From: Myxococcota bacterium
GTDB taxonomy: Bacteria; Myxococcota_A; UBA9160; UBA4427
NCBI GenBank assembly: GCA_036336835.1
Contig: JAYZFK010000034.1
Span: 1-64,000, forward strand
Direction: 5' to 3'
DNA length: 64,000 bases
Positions 47,672-56,543 of the stretch are shown piece by piece; position 1 is the first letter of the stretch, and each line of letters opens with the position of its first letter. A program made the translations under genes and the position numbers. The notes under the pieces were generated by a model. That model ran no database searches and was not told the origin of the DNA. It saw only the letters and a list, made by a program, of their open reading frames with translations.

Positions 47672-48448
47672 CTAGATATCGCCGAAGTCTCCGTGTCGGC
47701 CGCGGCCACTCGCAAAGCGCGCCGCGCCCTCGGCCGTCTCGCCGGACTCGATCACCTCGATGCCGCGCCGCGTCTCGGCCCGCAACGCGTCGTCGAGCCC
47801 GAGCGACCATTGCTCGTACGATGACAGTCGGTCGCTGCGCAGACAAAGCTGGGGGAACGCGGCAAGCGAACGCCCCAGATCGCAAGCCGCTTCGAGTGCC
47901 GTCCCCGACTCGACCAGCCGGTTCGCAAGCCCCATCCGAAGCGCCTCCTCGCCCGACACGCCGCGTCCGGTCAGGATCAGGTCGAGCGCATGGCTGTGGC
48001 CCAGCATGCGCGATAGCCGGATCGTCCCACCGTCCACCAGGGGCACGCCCCAGCGCCGGCAGTAGACACCGAAGACCGCGTCGCGGGCCGCCACCCGCAG
48101 GTCGCACCAGACCGCGAGCTCGAGCCCGCCGGCCACGGCGTGGCCCTCGACGGCCGCGATGACCGGCTTGGTGAGCAGCATGCGCGTCGGCCCCATCGGG
48201 CCGTCGCCGTCCTCGCCCACTCGGTTCGCGGTGCGCCCCTCGCTCAGCGCCTTCAAATCGGCCCCTGCACAGAAGCAGCCGCCCGCTCCGGACAGGACCG
48301 CGACCGCGAGATCACCGTCGTCCTCGAACTGGCGAAACGCGTCCGCCAGCTCCTCGGCCGTCGCGCGGTCGACGCAGTTGCGAACCTTGGGACGATCGAT
48401 GGTGACGAGCGCGAGCGGCCCGTCGGTCTCGAAGCGAATGTTGGCCAC
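47672..48448 (-). CDS. enoyl-CoA hydratase/isomerase (crotonase) family protein
   Basis: FCAGADLK, KPVIAAVEGHAVAGGLELA, WGVPLVDGG; GTG 48448 with GGAGGGG RBS. Confidence 0.92.
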   Translation of the reverse strand: MANIRFETDGPLALVTIDRPKVRNCVDRATAEELADAFRQFEDDGDLAVAVLSGAGGCFCAGADLKALSEGRTANRVGEDGDGPMGPTRMLLTKPVIAAVEGHAVAGGLELAVWCDLRVAARDAVFGVYCRRWGVPLVDGGTIRLSRMLGHSHALDLILTGRGVSGEEALRMGLANRLVESGTALEAACDLGRSLAAFPQLCLRSDRLSSYEQWSLGLDDALRAETRRGIEVIESGETAEGAARFASGRGRHGDFGDI

Positions 48449-48509
48449 GCTGGCCCCTCCCCGGTGTGAGGCTTTGATAATGTAGGCCTTCCCTTCCAGG
48501 AGAACTGCG

Positions 48510-50087
48510 ATGCAGGTACCCCTGCTGGTAACCGACTTCCTCCGCCGCGCCGCCGCACTGTATCCCGACAAGCTCGCCATCGTCGACGGAACGAATCGCT
48601 ACACGTACACCGACTTCGAGCGCCGCACCAACCAGCTTTCGCACGCCCTGCTGGATCTGGGTCTCGGCCGGGGCGACCGCGTCTGCATGCTGAGCCCCAA
48701 CTCGCACTTCTTCCTCGAGAGCTTCTATGCCACCAGTCAGCTCGGAATCATCCTGGTCCCGCTGAACTACCGGCTGGCGGCGAGCGAGCACGAGTACATC
48801 CTGAACCACGCGGGCGTGCGCGCCGTACTCGTCGACTGGGAGTACACCGACATGATCGACACCATCCGGCCAAAGCTCGACACGGTCGAGCATTGGGTCG
48901 TGGCCAAGGACCGCGGCGACACACCTGCCGGCTGGACCGACTGGGAGGAGTGGATCGGAGTGGCCCCCGCGACCCGGCCGGCACGCGTCGAGCTCGACGA
49001 GAACGAGCTCGTCTCGCTCAACTACACGTCCGGGACGACCGCGCGACCCAAGGGCGTGATGCTCACGCACCGCAACGCCTACATCAACGCGTACAGCATG
49101 ATCGCTCACCTCGGGGTGCGTCACGAGGACGTCGAGCTGTGGACGCTGCCGATGTTCCACTGCAACGGCTGGGGCGGCGTGTACGCGCTCACGGGGGTCG
49201 GCGGTACGCACGTGGTCCTGCGCGCCGTCGATGGCAAGGCGATCTTCGACCTGATCGAGCGGGAGCGGGTGACGTTCGCGTGCATGGCCCCCGCCGTATT
49301 GCGAACGATCCTCGACTATCCGGACCGCGAACGACACGAGATCACCACGCGCCCGCGCTTCACCGTCGCCGGCGCCCCGCCGCCTGCGGCCTTCATCGAG
49401 CGGCTGGAGGGGGAGCTCGGCTGGGAGTTCTTGCAGATCTACGGTCTGACGGAGACTGCGCCGCTGCTCACCATCTCGGCACCCGATCACCAGACCGAGG
49501 CCTCGGACTGGTCTCGGCGCTCCCGCGCTGGTGTGCCCTGCATCGGTGTCGAGATCCGCGTGGTAGACGACGCTGGCAACGACGTGCCGAAGGACGGCGC
49601 CACGATCGGCGAGGTGTGCGCGCGCAGCAACGTGGTATTCACGGGCTACTGGGAACAGCCCGAGCAGACCAACGCGGCGATCGTCGATGGCTGGTTCCAC
49701 ACGGGCGATCTCGGCGTCTGGGACGAGTTCGAGAACGTGAACATCGTCGATCGCAAGAAGGACGTGATCATCTCGGGCGGCGAGAACATCAGCTCCCCCG
49801 AGGTCGAGGACGCGCTCTACCAGCACGAGGCAGTGCTCGAGTGCGCGGTCATCGGCGTCCCGCACGAGAAGTGGGGCGAGACCCCGAAGGCCCTGGTGGT
49901 GTTGCGCGAAGGACACCGCGCCGGTGAGAGCGAGCTGATCGCATTCTGCCGTGAGCTCCTCGCGCACTTCAAGTGTCCGACGTCCGTCGAGTTCGTCGAC
50001 GAGCTGCCGCGCACCGCCACGGGCAAGCTCAAGAAATTCAAGCTGCGCGAGCAGTACTGGACTCACACCGAGCGACACGTCAACTGA
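48510..50087 (+). CDS. long/medium-chain acyl-CoA synthetase
   Basis: YTSGTTARPKG, PMFHCNGW, YGLTE, WFHTGD, ISGGENIS, TATGK. Confidence 0.94.
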   Translation: MQVPLLVTDFLRRAAALYPDKLAIVDGTNRYTYTDFERRTNQLSHALLDLGLGRGDRVCMLSPNSHFFLESFYATSQLGIILVPLNYRLAASEHEYILNHAGVRAVLVDWEYTDMIDTIRPKLDTVEHWVVAKDRGDTPAGWTDWEEWIGVAPATRPARVELDENELVSLNYTSGTTARPKGVMLTHRNAYINAYSMIAHLGVRHEDVELWTLPMFHCNGWGGVYALTGVGGTHVVLRAVDGKAIFDLIERERVTFACMAPAVLRTILDYPDRERHEITTRPRFTVAGAPPPAAFIERLEGELGWEFLQIYGLTETAPLLTISAPDHQTEASDWSRRSRAGVPCIGVEIRVVDDAGNDVPKDGATIGEVCARSNVVFTGYWEQPEQTNAAIVDGWFHTGDLGVWDEFENVNIVDRKKDVIISGGENISSPEVEDALYQHEAVLECAVIGVPHEKWGETPKALVVLREGHRAGESELIAFCRELLAHFKCPTSVEFVDELPRTATGKLKKFKLREQYWTHTERHVN

Positions 50088-50247
50088 CAGCCGCCGGACC
50101 ACCGGCCGGGCCAGCCCGCACTCGGCTGCAGGGCCTCTCCTCCTGGAGTGGTCGAGAGAGAGCCGCCCATTGCCGGGGGACGGTGTAGGATCGCGTTCGG
50201 CCGCACCAGAACCTGGGCGGCACCAGCTTCCGGCGATCGGAGACCTC

Positions 50248-52665
50248 GTGGACGACACCAGACCCCGGGCTGAAATCCTGGCCGAGCTCGAGGCCTTGCG
50301 CGCGGAGATCGACGCACTCGCCCGTTGGCAACACCACACTAGCGACCCCGCCAGCACACTGGGGTTCTCGGAAACCGTCGCCCGATTCCGGGAGCTGATC
50401 CGATCACTCGGCATCTGGCTGCTCGACATCGACTCGCAGGGCTGCATCGTCGGGTGCGGTACGACGTCCCGCGAGCTGATCGGCAAGCCAGCCGCCCCGC
50501 TGGTCGGCATGCCCGGCAGCGAGCTGGTCCACCCCGACGAGAAGATCGCGCTGGAGTCATTCGTCGCCGGGCACCAGACCCGAGCATCGCAGCGCTTCCG
50601 AATCCGCCATGACAACGGCGAGTGGCGCCACTTCGAGTTGCAGATGTCCTCGGGCGTCCGCGCAGACGGGAGCGGCCCCCGGCTGATCTTTGCCCGCAAT
50701 GTGACCGCTGAGCACGACGTCGTCCGTGAGCTGCGGAGCAGCCAGGACCGCTATCGAACGCTGGCCGAGAACATGACCGATCTGATCGTCGAGATCGATT
50801 CCGCGGGTCGCTTCCTGTACGTGAGCCCCAGCTGCGAGGAGTTGATCGGCTACACGCCGGAGCAGCTGCTGGGCAGCGACGTCGAATCGATCCTCAGAGA
50901 AAATCAGATCCAGACCGACGAGCGTGACCAGCTGCTCGACGGCTTCCGGAACCAGGTTCAGGCCCGTGGAGAGGGCGGACGACGCATCTATCGCGTCCGG
51001 CACACGGACGGACGCCAGCTCTGGCTCGACAGCCGCGCGCGTACCTACCGCACTGCGAACGGTGCGATTCACGCGGTCGTGATCTCGCGTGACGTCACGG
51101 AACTGGTCGCCGCACAGGGCGATCTCGCGGATCTCGAGAAACGCTATGCGATGCTGGGCGAGACGAGCCGAGACCTGATTACAGAGATTGGCCCCGAGGG
51201 CACCTTCGTCTACTTGAGTCCCAACGCGCGCGCTCTGCTGGGCTACGAGCCCGAGGAGCTGATCGGCACCCCTCCCATGGACCTGGCCCACCCCGCGGAT
51301 CGCGACCGGGTACTCAATGATTTCGCACCCGCTCCCGAAACCCCCCAGGTCGCGTTCACACCACCCTACCGCTGCCGCCTGAAGGACGGCAGCTATCGCT
51401 GGTTCGAGGGCAGCGGGACGAGCTACACGCGTCCCGACAGCGGCGAAACCTATACGATCGGCCTGCTTCGAGACGTGCACGAGCGTGTCAACAAACGCGA
51501 AGCAGAGCGGGCCCTCGAGGAGCGAGTCCAGCGCGCGCAGCGCCTCGAGGGGCTCGGTGTGATGGCCGGCGGGATCGCCCACGACTTCAACAACCTGCTC
51601 ACGCCGATTCTCGGCCAGTCGAGCCTCGCGCTGATGGATCTGCCGGAGAACACGGAACTCCACGAGCGGATCGAGAAGGTCCGCAACGCGGCGCGTCGCG
51701 CCGCGAAGCTCACCAACCAGATGCTGGCCTACGCCGGCGCTGGCCCGCTGCTGTTCGAGGCCACGGATCTCAGCGAGCTCGTGCGCGAGATGGGCCAGCT
51801 ACTCGAGAGTACGGTGTCCGGCAAGGCCGTAATCCACTTCGAGCTGGCTGACGAACTCGCGCCGATCGAAGCGGACGGCGCACAGATCAGCCAGGTGGTG
51901 ATGAACCTGATCGCGAATGCCGCCGAGGCGGTGGGGGACGGCAACGGGACGATTTCGGTTCGAACGCGGAGGCTGCCTGGCAGCGCGATCAACAAGGGCG
52001 ATCTGGTGCTCGGAGAGGCCGATCCCGCCCTCTCCTACGTCTGCTTCGAGGTCGAGGACACCGGAGTCGGCATGGATTCCGCGACGCGGTCGCGCATCTT
52101 CGATCCGTTCTTCACCACCAAGTTCACCGGCCGCGGCCTTGGACTCGCCGCGGTGCTCGGCATCGTGCGCGGTCACGATGGCGCGATCGAGCTCGACACG
52201 GAGCAAGGACGCGGCACAAGGTTCCGTGTCCTGCTGCCGCCCTATACGCTCGGCGAGCCCGCGCTGGCCGAGAGCAGCACCGCCAGTACCTGGAGCAGCT
52301 CGGGATTCATCCTGTTGGCGGACGACGACGCCGGCGTGCGCGATCTCTCCGTGGAAACGCTCGAGCGCTGTGGCTTCACTGTCCTGATTGCGCGCAACGG
52401 GCGCGAAGCACTCGAGCAGTTCGATCAGTACGGGGACCAGATCCGCGCCGTACTCCTCGACCGCACGATGCCCATCGTGAGCGGCGAGGAAACATTCGCA
52501 ACACTGCGACGGAAGCGTCCGTATCTTCCGGTCATCATCGTGAGCGGCTATTCCGAGGAGAGCGCCACACTGGCGATTGCCGAAAACCGACCCGACGGCT
52601 TCCTCAAGAAGCCGTTCCAGCCCGAGGTCCTGATCGAGACGATCCGCAAGGTGCTCGACGACTAG
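50248..52665 (+). CDS. cytoplasmic PAS-PAS-PAS hybrid sensor histidine kinase / receiver (CckA-like)
   Basis: Three PAS repeats, AHDFNNLL H-box, NLIANA, DTGVGM, FFTTK, GRGLGL, C-terminal REC domain (ADDD, LLD, KPF). Start set at GTG 50248. Confidence 0.92.
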   Translation: MDDTRPRAEILAELEALRAEIDALARWQHHTSDPASTLGFSETVARFRELIRSLGIWLLDIDSQGCIVGCGTTSRELIGKPAAPLVGMPGSELVHPDEKIALESFVAGHQTRASQRFRIRHDNGEWRHFELQMSSGVRADGSGPRLIFARNVTAEHDVVRELRSSQDRYRTLAENMTDLIVEIDSAGRFLYVSPSCEELIGYTPEQLLGSDVESILRENQIQTDERDQLLDGFRNQVQARGEGGRRIYRVRHTDGRQLWLDSRARTYRTANGAIHAVVISRDVTELVAAQGDLADLEKRYAMLGETSRDLITEIGPEGTFVYLSPNARALLGYEPEELIGTPPMDLAHPADRDRVLNDFAPAPETPQVAFTPPYRCRLKDGSYRWFEGSGTSYTRPDSGETYTIGLLRDVHERVNKREAERALEERVQRAQRLEGLGVMAGGIAHDFNNLLTPILGQSSLALMDLPENTELHERIEKVRNAARRAAKLTNQMLAYAGAGPLLFEATDLSELVREMGQLLESTVSGKAVIHFELADELAPIEADGAQISQVVMNLIANAAEAVGDGNGTISVRTRRLPGSAINKGDLVLGEADPALSYVCFEVEDTGVGMDSATRSRIFDPFFTTKFTGRGLGLAAVLGIVRGHDGAIELDTEQGRGTRFRVLLPPYTLGEPALAESSTASTWSSSGFILLADDDAGVRDLSVETLERCGFTVLIARNGREALEQFDQYGDQIRAVLLDRTMPIVSGEETFATLRRKRPYLPVIIVSGYSEESATLAIAENRPDGFLKKPFQPEVLIETIRKVLDD

Positions 52666-52862
52666 CCGGCCCCGGAATCGAGAGCAGCGCAAAGGCCTAG
52701 CGATCGCGACCGGCGAGCTACCGACCGACCGACCGGAGATGCCGAGTCCGCGCCCTCGCTCGCGAACGCTTGCGGAGCGACCGCGCGGCGATCTCGAGCT
52801 CCTGGTCGAGGACGCCATGCGGGTGGAGGACGACCCCAGGGCGATCGTTCGGCTCGCGCTGT

Positions 52863-53957
52863 TCAGCCGGCGTCGACCGTGCGCTGTCCGAGCAGGTTGA
52901 GCTTGAACTTGCGAATGACCGCGGGCTCGATCCGCACGCCCTTCTCGTCCTCGAAGAACAGCGCGTCCTTCGGACATTGCACGACACAGGCGCCGCAACG
53001 GACACAACGGTCGTCGTGGGCCAGCTCGACCTTGCGCTCTCCTTCCCGCTTCTCGAAGCAGGCTTCGGGACACACCTCCCAGCAGCGGTACACGCCCTCG
53101 CAGCGCTCGGGGTCGAGCGTGATGCTCCACTCCCGCTGCTCGAAGTGGCTGCTGCCTTCGAGCGGGGTGCTGCCCGCGTAGTCGAACGTCAGGAGGAAGC
53201 CGATCACGCCGGGCAGCAGCGCAGCAGCCACCAGCGCCGGCGCTCCCCCGCCTGCAAGAAACGTCCCGAGCACGGCCAGCGCCGAGCTCACCAGGACGAG
53301 AACCGGGCGGCGCGCGCTGCCGAGGCGGTCGTACAGGGTGAAGACCGCGACCGACATCGCGGCGATCAGAGCGATGACCGGCAGCGCCCAACCAGGTTGC
53401 AGCCAGAGTGCGATGCCTCCCGCGATGAGGGCCGCTGGGACGCCCCACATCGCGGCCATCTCGAGCCGCTCCGAGAGTGAGAAGCGGACGCGGCGCATCG
53501 CGTCGGTCTTCTCGCTCGTGGCGAGATACTCCGGCAGATCGCTCGCGCTCACCGGACCGAAGGCGACCTTCCAGCGGCAGCGGCGGAACACCTCGAGCGC
53601 CGTCACGCCCGTGGCGGCCAGCTGCGGGAGGATCACCCGGCGATGCTTCACCCGCTCAGCGATTCCCGAGGTCTTGAGCACGGTCACGACCTGGTGCGTC
53701 GAGAGATGGCCGCCGGCCGCCGCGCACCACACGTTGATTCCGCCCGAGGGCGCCACCAACAGCCACGCGTCGTGCCCTTCGAGCGCTCGAGCCAGCCGCC
53801 TCACTGTCAGGTCGTAGTTCCCGGTCAGCAGCACCGGGCTCGTCTCGTCGGGCTCGCCCAGGCGTCGTAGGCCGGGCTGGGTGGGCCACGGCGCGAAGCG
53901 AAACGCAGTCTGCAGCAGCTCGAGGCACCCGTCGCGGCATCGCGCGCCGATCGTCAT
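52863..53957 (-). CDS. HgcAB-like fusion protein: CdhD/HgcA-type corrinoid-binding domain + about 4 TM helices + ferredoxin domain
   Basis: PGL..LG.PDETSPVLLTGNYDLTV, cap helix GINVWCAAAGG, HRRVILPQLAATGV, FGPVSASDLPEYL, MRRVRFSLSERLE; hydrophobic block; C-terminal CEGVYRCWEVCP and CVRCGACVVQCP. Confidence 0.9.
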   Translation of the reverse strand: MTIGARCRDGCLELLQTAFRFAPWPTQPGLRRLGEPDETSPVLLTGNYDLTVRRLARALEGHDAWLLVAPSGGINVWCAAAGGHLSTHQVVTVLKTSGIAERVKHRRVILPQLAATGVTALEVFRRCRWKVAFGPVSASDLPEYLATSEKTDAMRRVRFSLSERLEMAAMWGVPAALIAGGIALWLQPGWALPVIALIAAMSVAVFTLYDRLGSARRPVLVLVSSALAVLGTFLAGGGAPALVAAALLPGVIGFLLTFDYAGSTPLEGSSHFEQREWSITLDPERCEGVYRCWEVCPEACFEKREGERKVELAHDDRCVRCGACVVQCPKDALFFEDEKGVRIEPAVIRKFKLNLLGQRTVDAG

Positions 53958-53961
53958 GCCC

Positions 53962-54618
53962 TCACGCTCCCTTGTGTGCGACCGCCAGGCTCAGCGTTCC
54001 CATCAGCCAGCTGCGTGGCTCTGCGAGCGACAAGCCTGTCGCGCGAAGTTCGCTTTGCAGGTCCGGGATGGGACGCGACACGGAGCCCACCAGGAGCCAG
54101 CCAGCGGCCGCCTGCGGAACGCGCATCACTCCCTGCAACACGCGCCTCCAGCCCGAGGGAGCTCGGACCTCGTCGGCGACGACCAGGCGTCCGCCCGGCG
54201 CCAGGCAGCGGGCCGCCTGGGCGAGGACGAAGGCTCGCTCGCTCGGCGACATGTCCGAGAGGCACAGGCTCAGCACGACGGCCTGGTAGCTCCCGGCAGC
54301 GAAACGATCGATCTCCGCAGCGGTCTGCTCGATCCACTCGACCTCCACCGCCGGGGCGCCGAGTCGCGACCTGGACTGCTCGAGCATCTCCGGGGCCTGG
54401 TCGATCGCGGTCACGCGCGCACCCCGCTCGAGCATCAGCGCCGTGACCGTTCCCGTTCCGCAGCCGACCTCGAGAACGCGGTCACCCAGCGAGACGACCG
54501 CAGCCCCTGCGACCGCCGCGTGGAGTCGGCCGACCCGCCCGAAGGTGAGCGCCTGCATGCCGGCGTCGTAGCGCCCGGGTGAGCCCTCGAGCCAGCGCAT
54601 GAGCGCGAGCGAGCTCAC
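53962..54618 (-). CDS. class I SAM-dependent methyltransferase (corrinoid-protein-associated, CpaM-like)
   Basis: Motif I VLEVGCGTG, VTAIDQAPEML, LAPGGRLVVADE; ends 4 nt before the HgcAB-like start and overlaps the TetR stop. Confidence 0.88.
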   Translation of the reverse strand: MSSLALMRWLEGSPGRYDAGMQALTFGRVGRLHAAVAGAAVVSLGDRVLEVGCGTGTVTALMLERGARVTAIDQAPEMLEQSRSRLGAPAVEVEWIEQTAAEIDRFAAGSYQAVVLSLCLSDMSPSERAFVLAQAARCLAPGGRLVVADEVRAPSGWRRVLQGVMRVPQAAAGWLLVGSVSRPIPDLQSELRATGLSLAEPRSWLMGTLSLAVAHKGA

Positions 54619-55196
54619 GCTCGAACCATCCGGTGCATCGCGTCGACCAGGGCATCAGCGAGCACGTCTGGCTCGGGGAACCCGCGCGAATCGACGAAGT
54701 ACTGCAGCAGCAGCCCGTCGATCGCACCGATCACGATCGACGACAACACCCCTGCATCGGGCTGTGCCACAACGCTGCCGTCGCGCTGACCCTCGGCGAT
54801 GACGGCTGCCAGCTCGCGGCGGAGCCCGCGGAAGTACGAGCGGAGCCGGCTCGCACCCTCCATCCGCAGATCGAGAATCATGCGGCCAAACTCGGCCCAC
54901 TCCGGAAAGAGCGCAGCGCAGGCGCGCGAGAGCGACTCGAGGCGCGCGAGCGGGGCTCCCTCGCTGCGCAGACAGACGCGAAACAGCTCCCGCTCCTGCC
55001 CGAGCAGCTCGTTCAGCATGTCGCTCAGCAGCGCTTCCTTGTCGGCGTAGTAGTGGTAGAGGCTGGATCGGCCCATCCGCGCCTCCTGCGCAACGTGCGC
55101 GAGGCCGGTGCCGCGAACACCCCGCCGCGCGAAGACGCGCCGCGCCGCAGCGCGGATCTCCACTCGCTGGCTGGCGGCATCTACGATCTTCGGCAC
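54615..55196 (-). CDS. TetR/AcrR family transcriptional regulator
   Basis: MPKIVD...RVEIRAAARRVFARRG...LAHVAQEARMGRSSLYHYYADKEAL HTH. Confidence 0.92.
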   Translation of the reverse strand: MPKIVDAASQRVEIRAAARRVFARRGVRGTGLAHVAQEARMGRSSLYHYYADKEALLSDMLNELLGQERELFRVCLRSEGAPLARLESLSRACAALFPEWAEFGRMILDLRMEGASRLRSYFRGLRRELAAVIAEGQRDGSVVAQPDAGVLSSIVIGAIDGLLLQYFVDSRGFPEPDVLADALVDAMHRMVRA

Positions 55197-55202
55197 GCCG
55201 CG

Positions 55203-55237
55203 AGTCTAGTTTATTTCGACATCATTGTCGAAATAAA
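55203..55237 (-). promoter_or_regulatory. perfect 12-bp inverted-repeat operator over a leaderless sigma70-type promoter of the TetR-MTase-HgcAB-like operon
   Basis: TTTATTTCGACA-TCAT-TGTCGAAATAAA (55210-55237); the minus strand reads TCGACA-N17-TAGACT-N6-GTG. Confidence 0.8.
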
Positions 55238-55349
55238 TTTCGCGCGCCTTCTGGGAATGCGATACCGACCCGAACGAGCCCTCGAAGGACCGGCCCGCTG
55301 CAGATCCCTGGGATAGGATGCGCGACTCGCGATCCACCGAGGAGGGCTC

Positions 55350-55907
55350 ATGGAAAACCGCGCTGTACGCCTGGCGCCGCTCGCGCCCGACGACTGGAGC
55401 GAAGAAGCTCGGCACGCGCTCGCCGGGCTCACCCGTCCCGATGGCTCGGTACTCAACATCTTCGCGACCCTCGCGCGCCACCCGAAGTTGCTCGAGAGTT
55501 GGCTGGGCTTCGGGGTCCACGTGCTCGGCAGCTCGACGCTCGAGCCACGCGAGCGCGAGCTTGCGATCCTGCGCGTCGGCTGGCTGTGCCGGTCCGAGTA
55601 CGAATGGGGACAGCACGTCGCGATCGGCAAGCACGCCGGTGTGACGGACGTCGACCTCGCGCGCCTCGGCGACGGACCCGACGCCGCCGGCTGGAGCGAT
55701 CGCGAGCGCGCCATTCTCCACGCGGTCGACGCTCTCCACGAGACGCAAACCATCGGGGACGCCGAGTGGCGTGCACTCGCTCAGCACCTCGACGAGCGCC
55801 AGCTGCTCGATCTCGTATTCACTGTGGGGCAGTACACGCTCGTCTCGATGGCACTGAACACACTCGGCATCCCGCTCGACGACGGCGTCTCCGGCTTCCC
55901 GAGCTGA
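55350..55907 (+). CDS. carboxymuconolactone decarboxylase (CMD/AhpD-like) family protein
   Basis: NIFATLARHP, RERELAILRVG, YEWGQH, VGQY; GAGGAGG RBS. Confidence 0.9.
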   Translation: MENRAVRLAPLAPDDWSEEARHALAGLTRPDGSVLNIFATLARHPKLLESWLGFGVHVLGSSTLEPRERELAILRVGWLCRSEYEWGQHVAIGKHAGVTDVDLARLGDGPDAAGWSDRERAILHAVDALHETQTIGDAEWRALAQHLDERQLLDLVFTVGQYTLVSMALNTLGIPLDDGVSGFPS

Positions 55908-55943
55908 CTGCTAGTATGCGCGACTGGCTGCACGTGGAGAAGG

Positions 55944-56543
55944 ATGAGCGACGCCACCCCGCCCGAAGCGAATGATGAAGCGGAATCGCTGGATCCCGAC
56001 TCCACAGACGACGTGCCGCCGTGGTACCGCGAGTCCTGGGCGCGCTTTGCGGTCGGCTTCAGCCTCAGCGTTACGATCTTTGAGGTGGCCTACTACGGCG
56101 TAGTCCTCGAGAGCGACGCGTTCGGCTCGTTCATGAGGGTTCTCGCCGAGGCGACCGGCGCGTTGCTCGAGCCGTTCTACGAACGCGTCAGCGTGGTGAA
56201 CTCACGCGTCGCGACGAACAAATTCGTCGTCAACGTGGACCAGGGCTGCGACGGCCTGCAAGTCGGAACGCTGCTGACTGCGGCAGTCCTCGCGTTCCCA
56301 TCCACGTGGCGACAGAAGCTCGTCGGCGTCATCGCTGGCAACCTGTGGCTGCAGAGTTGGAACGTCGTGCGCATTGCGACCCTGGTCGCAGTCGGTGGAA
56401 TCGAACGCAGCTGGTTCTACCCGACGCACGAGTACATCTGGCCTACGCTCCTGATCGCGCTCTGCCTGGCAACCTGGATGTGGTGGGCGCGCTGGACGCT
56501 GAGCAACCATGAGCCCCTCCGACCAGCCGACACCGCCGCCTGA
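55944..56543 (+). CDS. exosortase/archaeosortase family transpeptidase (exosortase H-like)
   Basis: Catalytic Cys-Arg-His in GCDG, NVVRI and HEYIW; AVLAFP..WRQK signature; multiple TM helices. Confidence 0.82.
   Translation: MSDATPPEANDEAESLDPDSTDDVPPWYRESWARFAVGFSLSVTIFEVAYYGVVLESDAFGSFMRVLAEATGALLEPFYERVSVVNSRVATNKFVVNVDQGCDGLQVGTLLTAAVLAFPSTWRQKLVGVIAGNLWLQSWNVVRIATLVAVGGIERSWFYPTHEYIWPTLLIALCLATWMWWARWTLSNHEPLRPADTAA

Noticed and set aside
44207..47824. 1205-aa ORF overlapping the RND permease
   Set aside because: Arg/Pro/Ala-rich off-frame shadow ORF typical of high-GC DNA; the RND frame carries all the motifs.
52739..52900. 53-aa plus-strand ORF (…GDLELLVEDAMRVEDDPRAIVRLALFS…) and short CCGA tandem repeat between the kinase and the HgcAB-like gene
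   Set aside because: RBS spacing is poor, it overlaps the convergent gene end and has no recognisable family. It could be a remnant but cannot be supported.
52863..53957. Calling this gene bona fide hgcA/hgcB (mercury methylation)
   Set aside because: The cap helix is NVWCAAAGG rather than NVWCA(A/G)GK, the gene is fused, and the HgcB C-terminal Cys residues are absent. Tested organisms with fused homologues did not methylate Hg.
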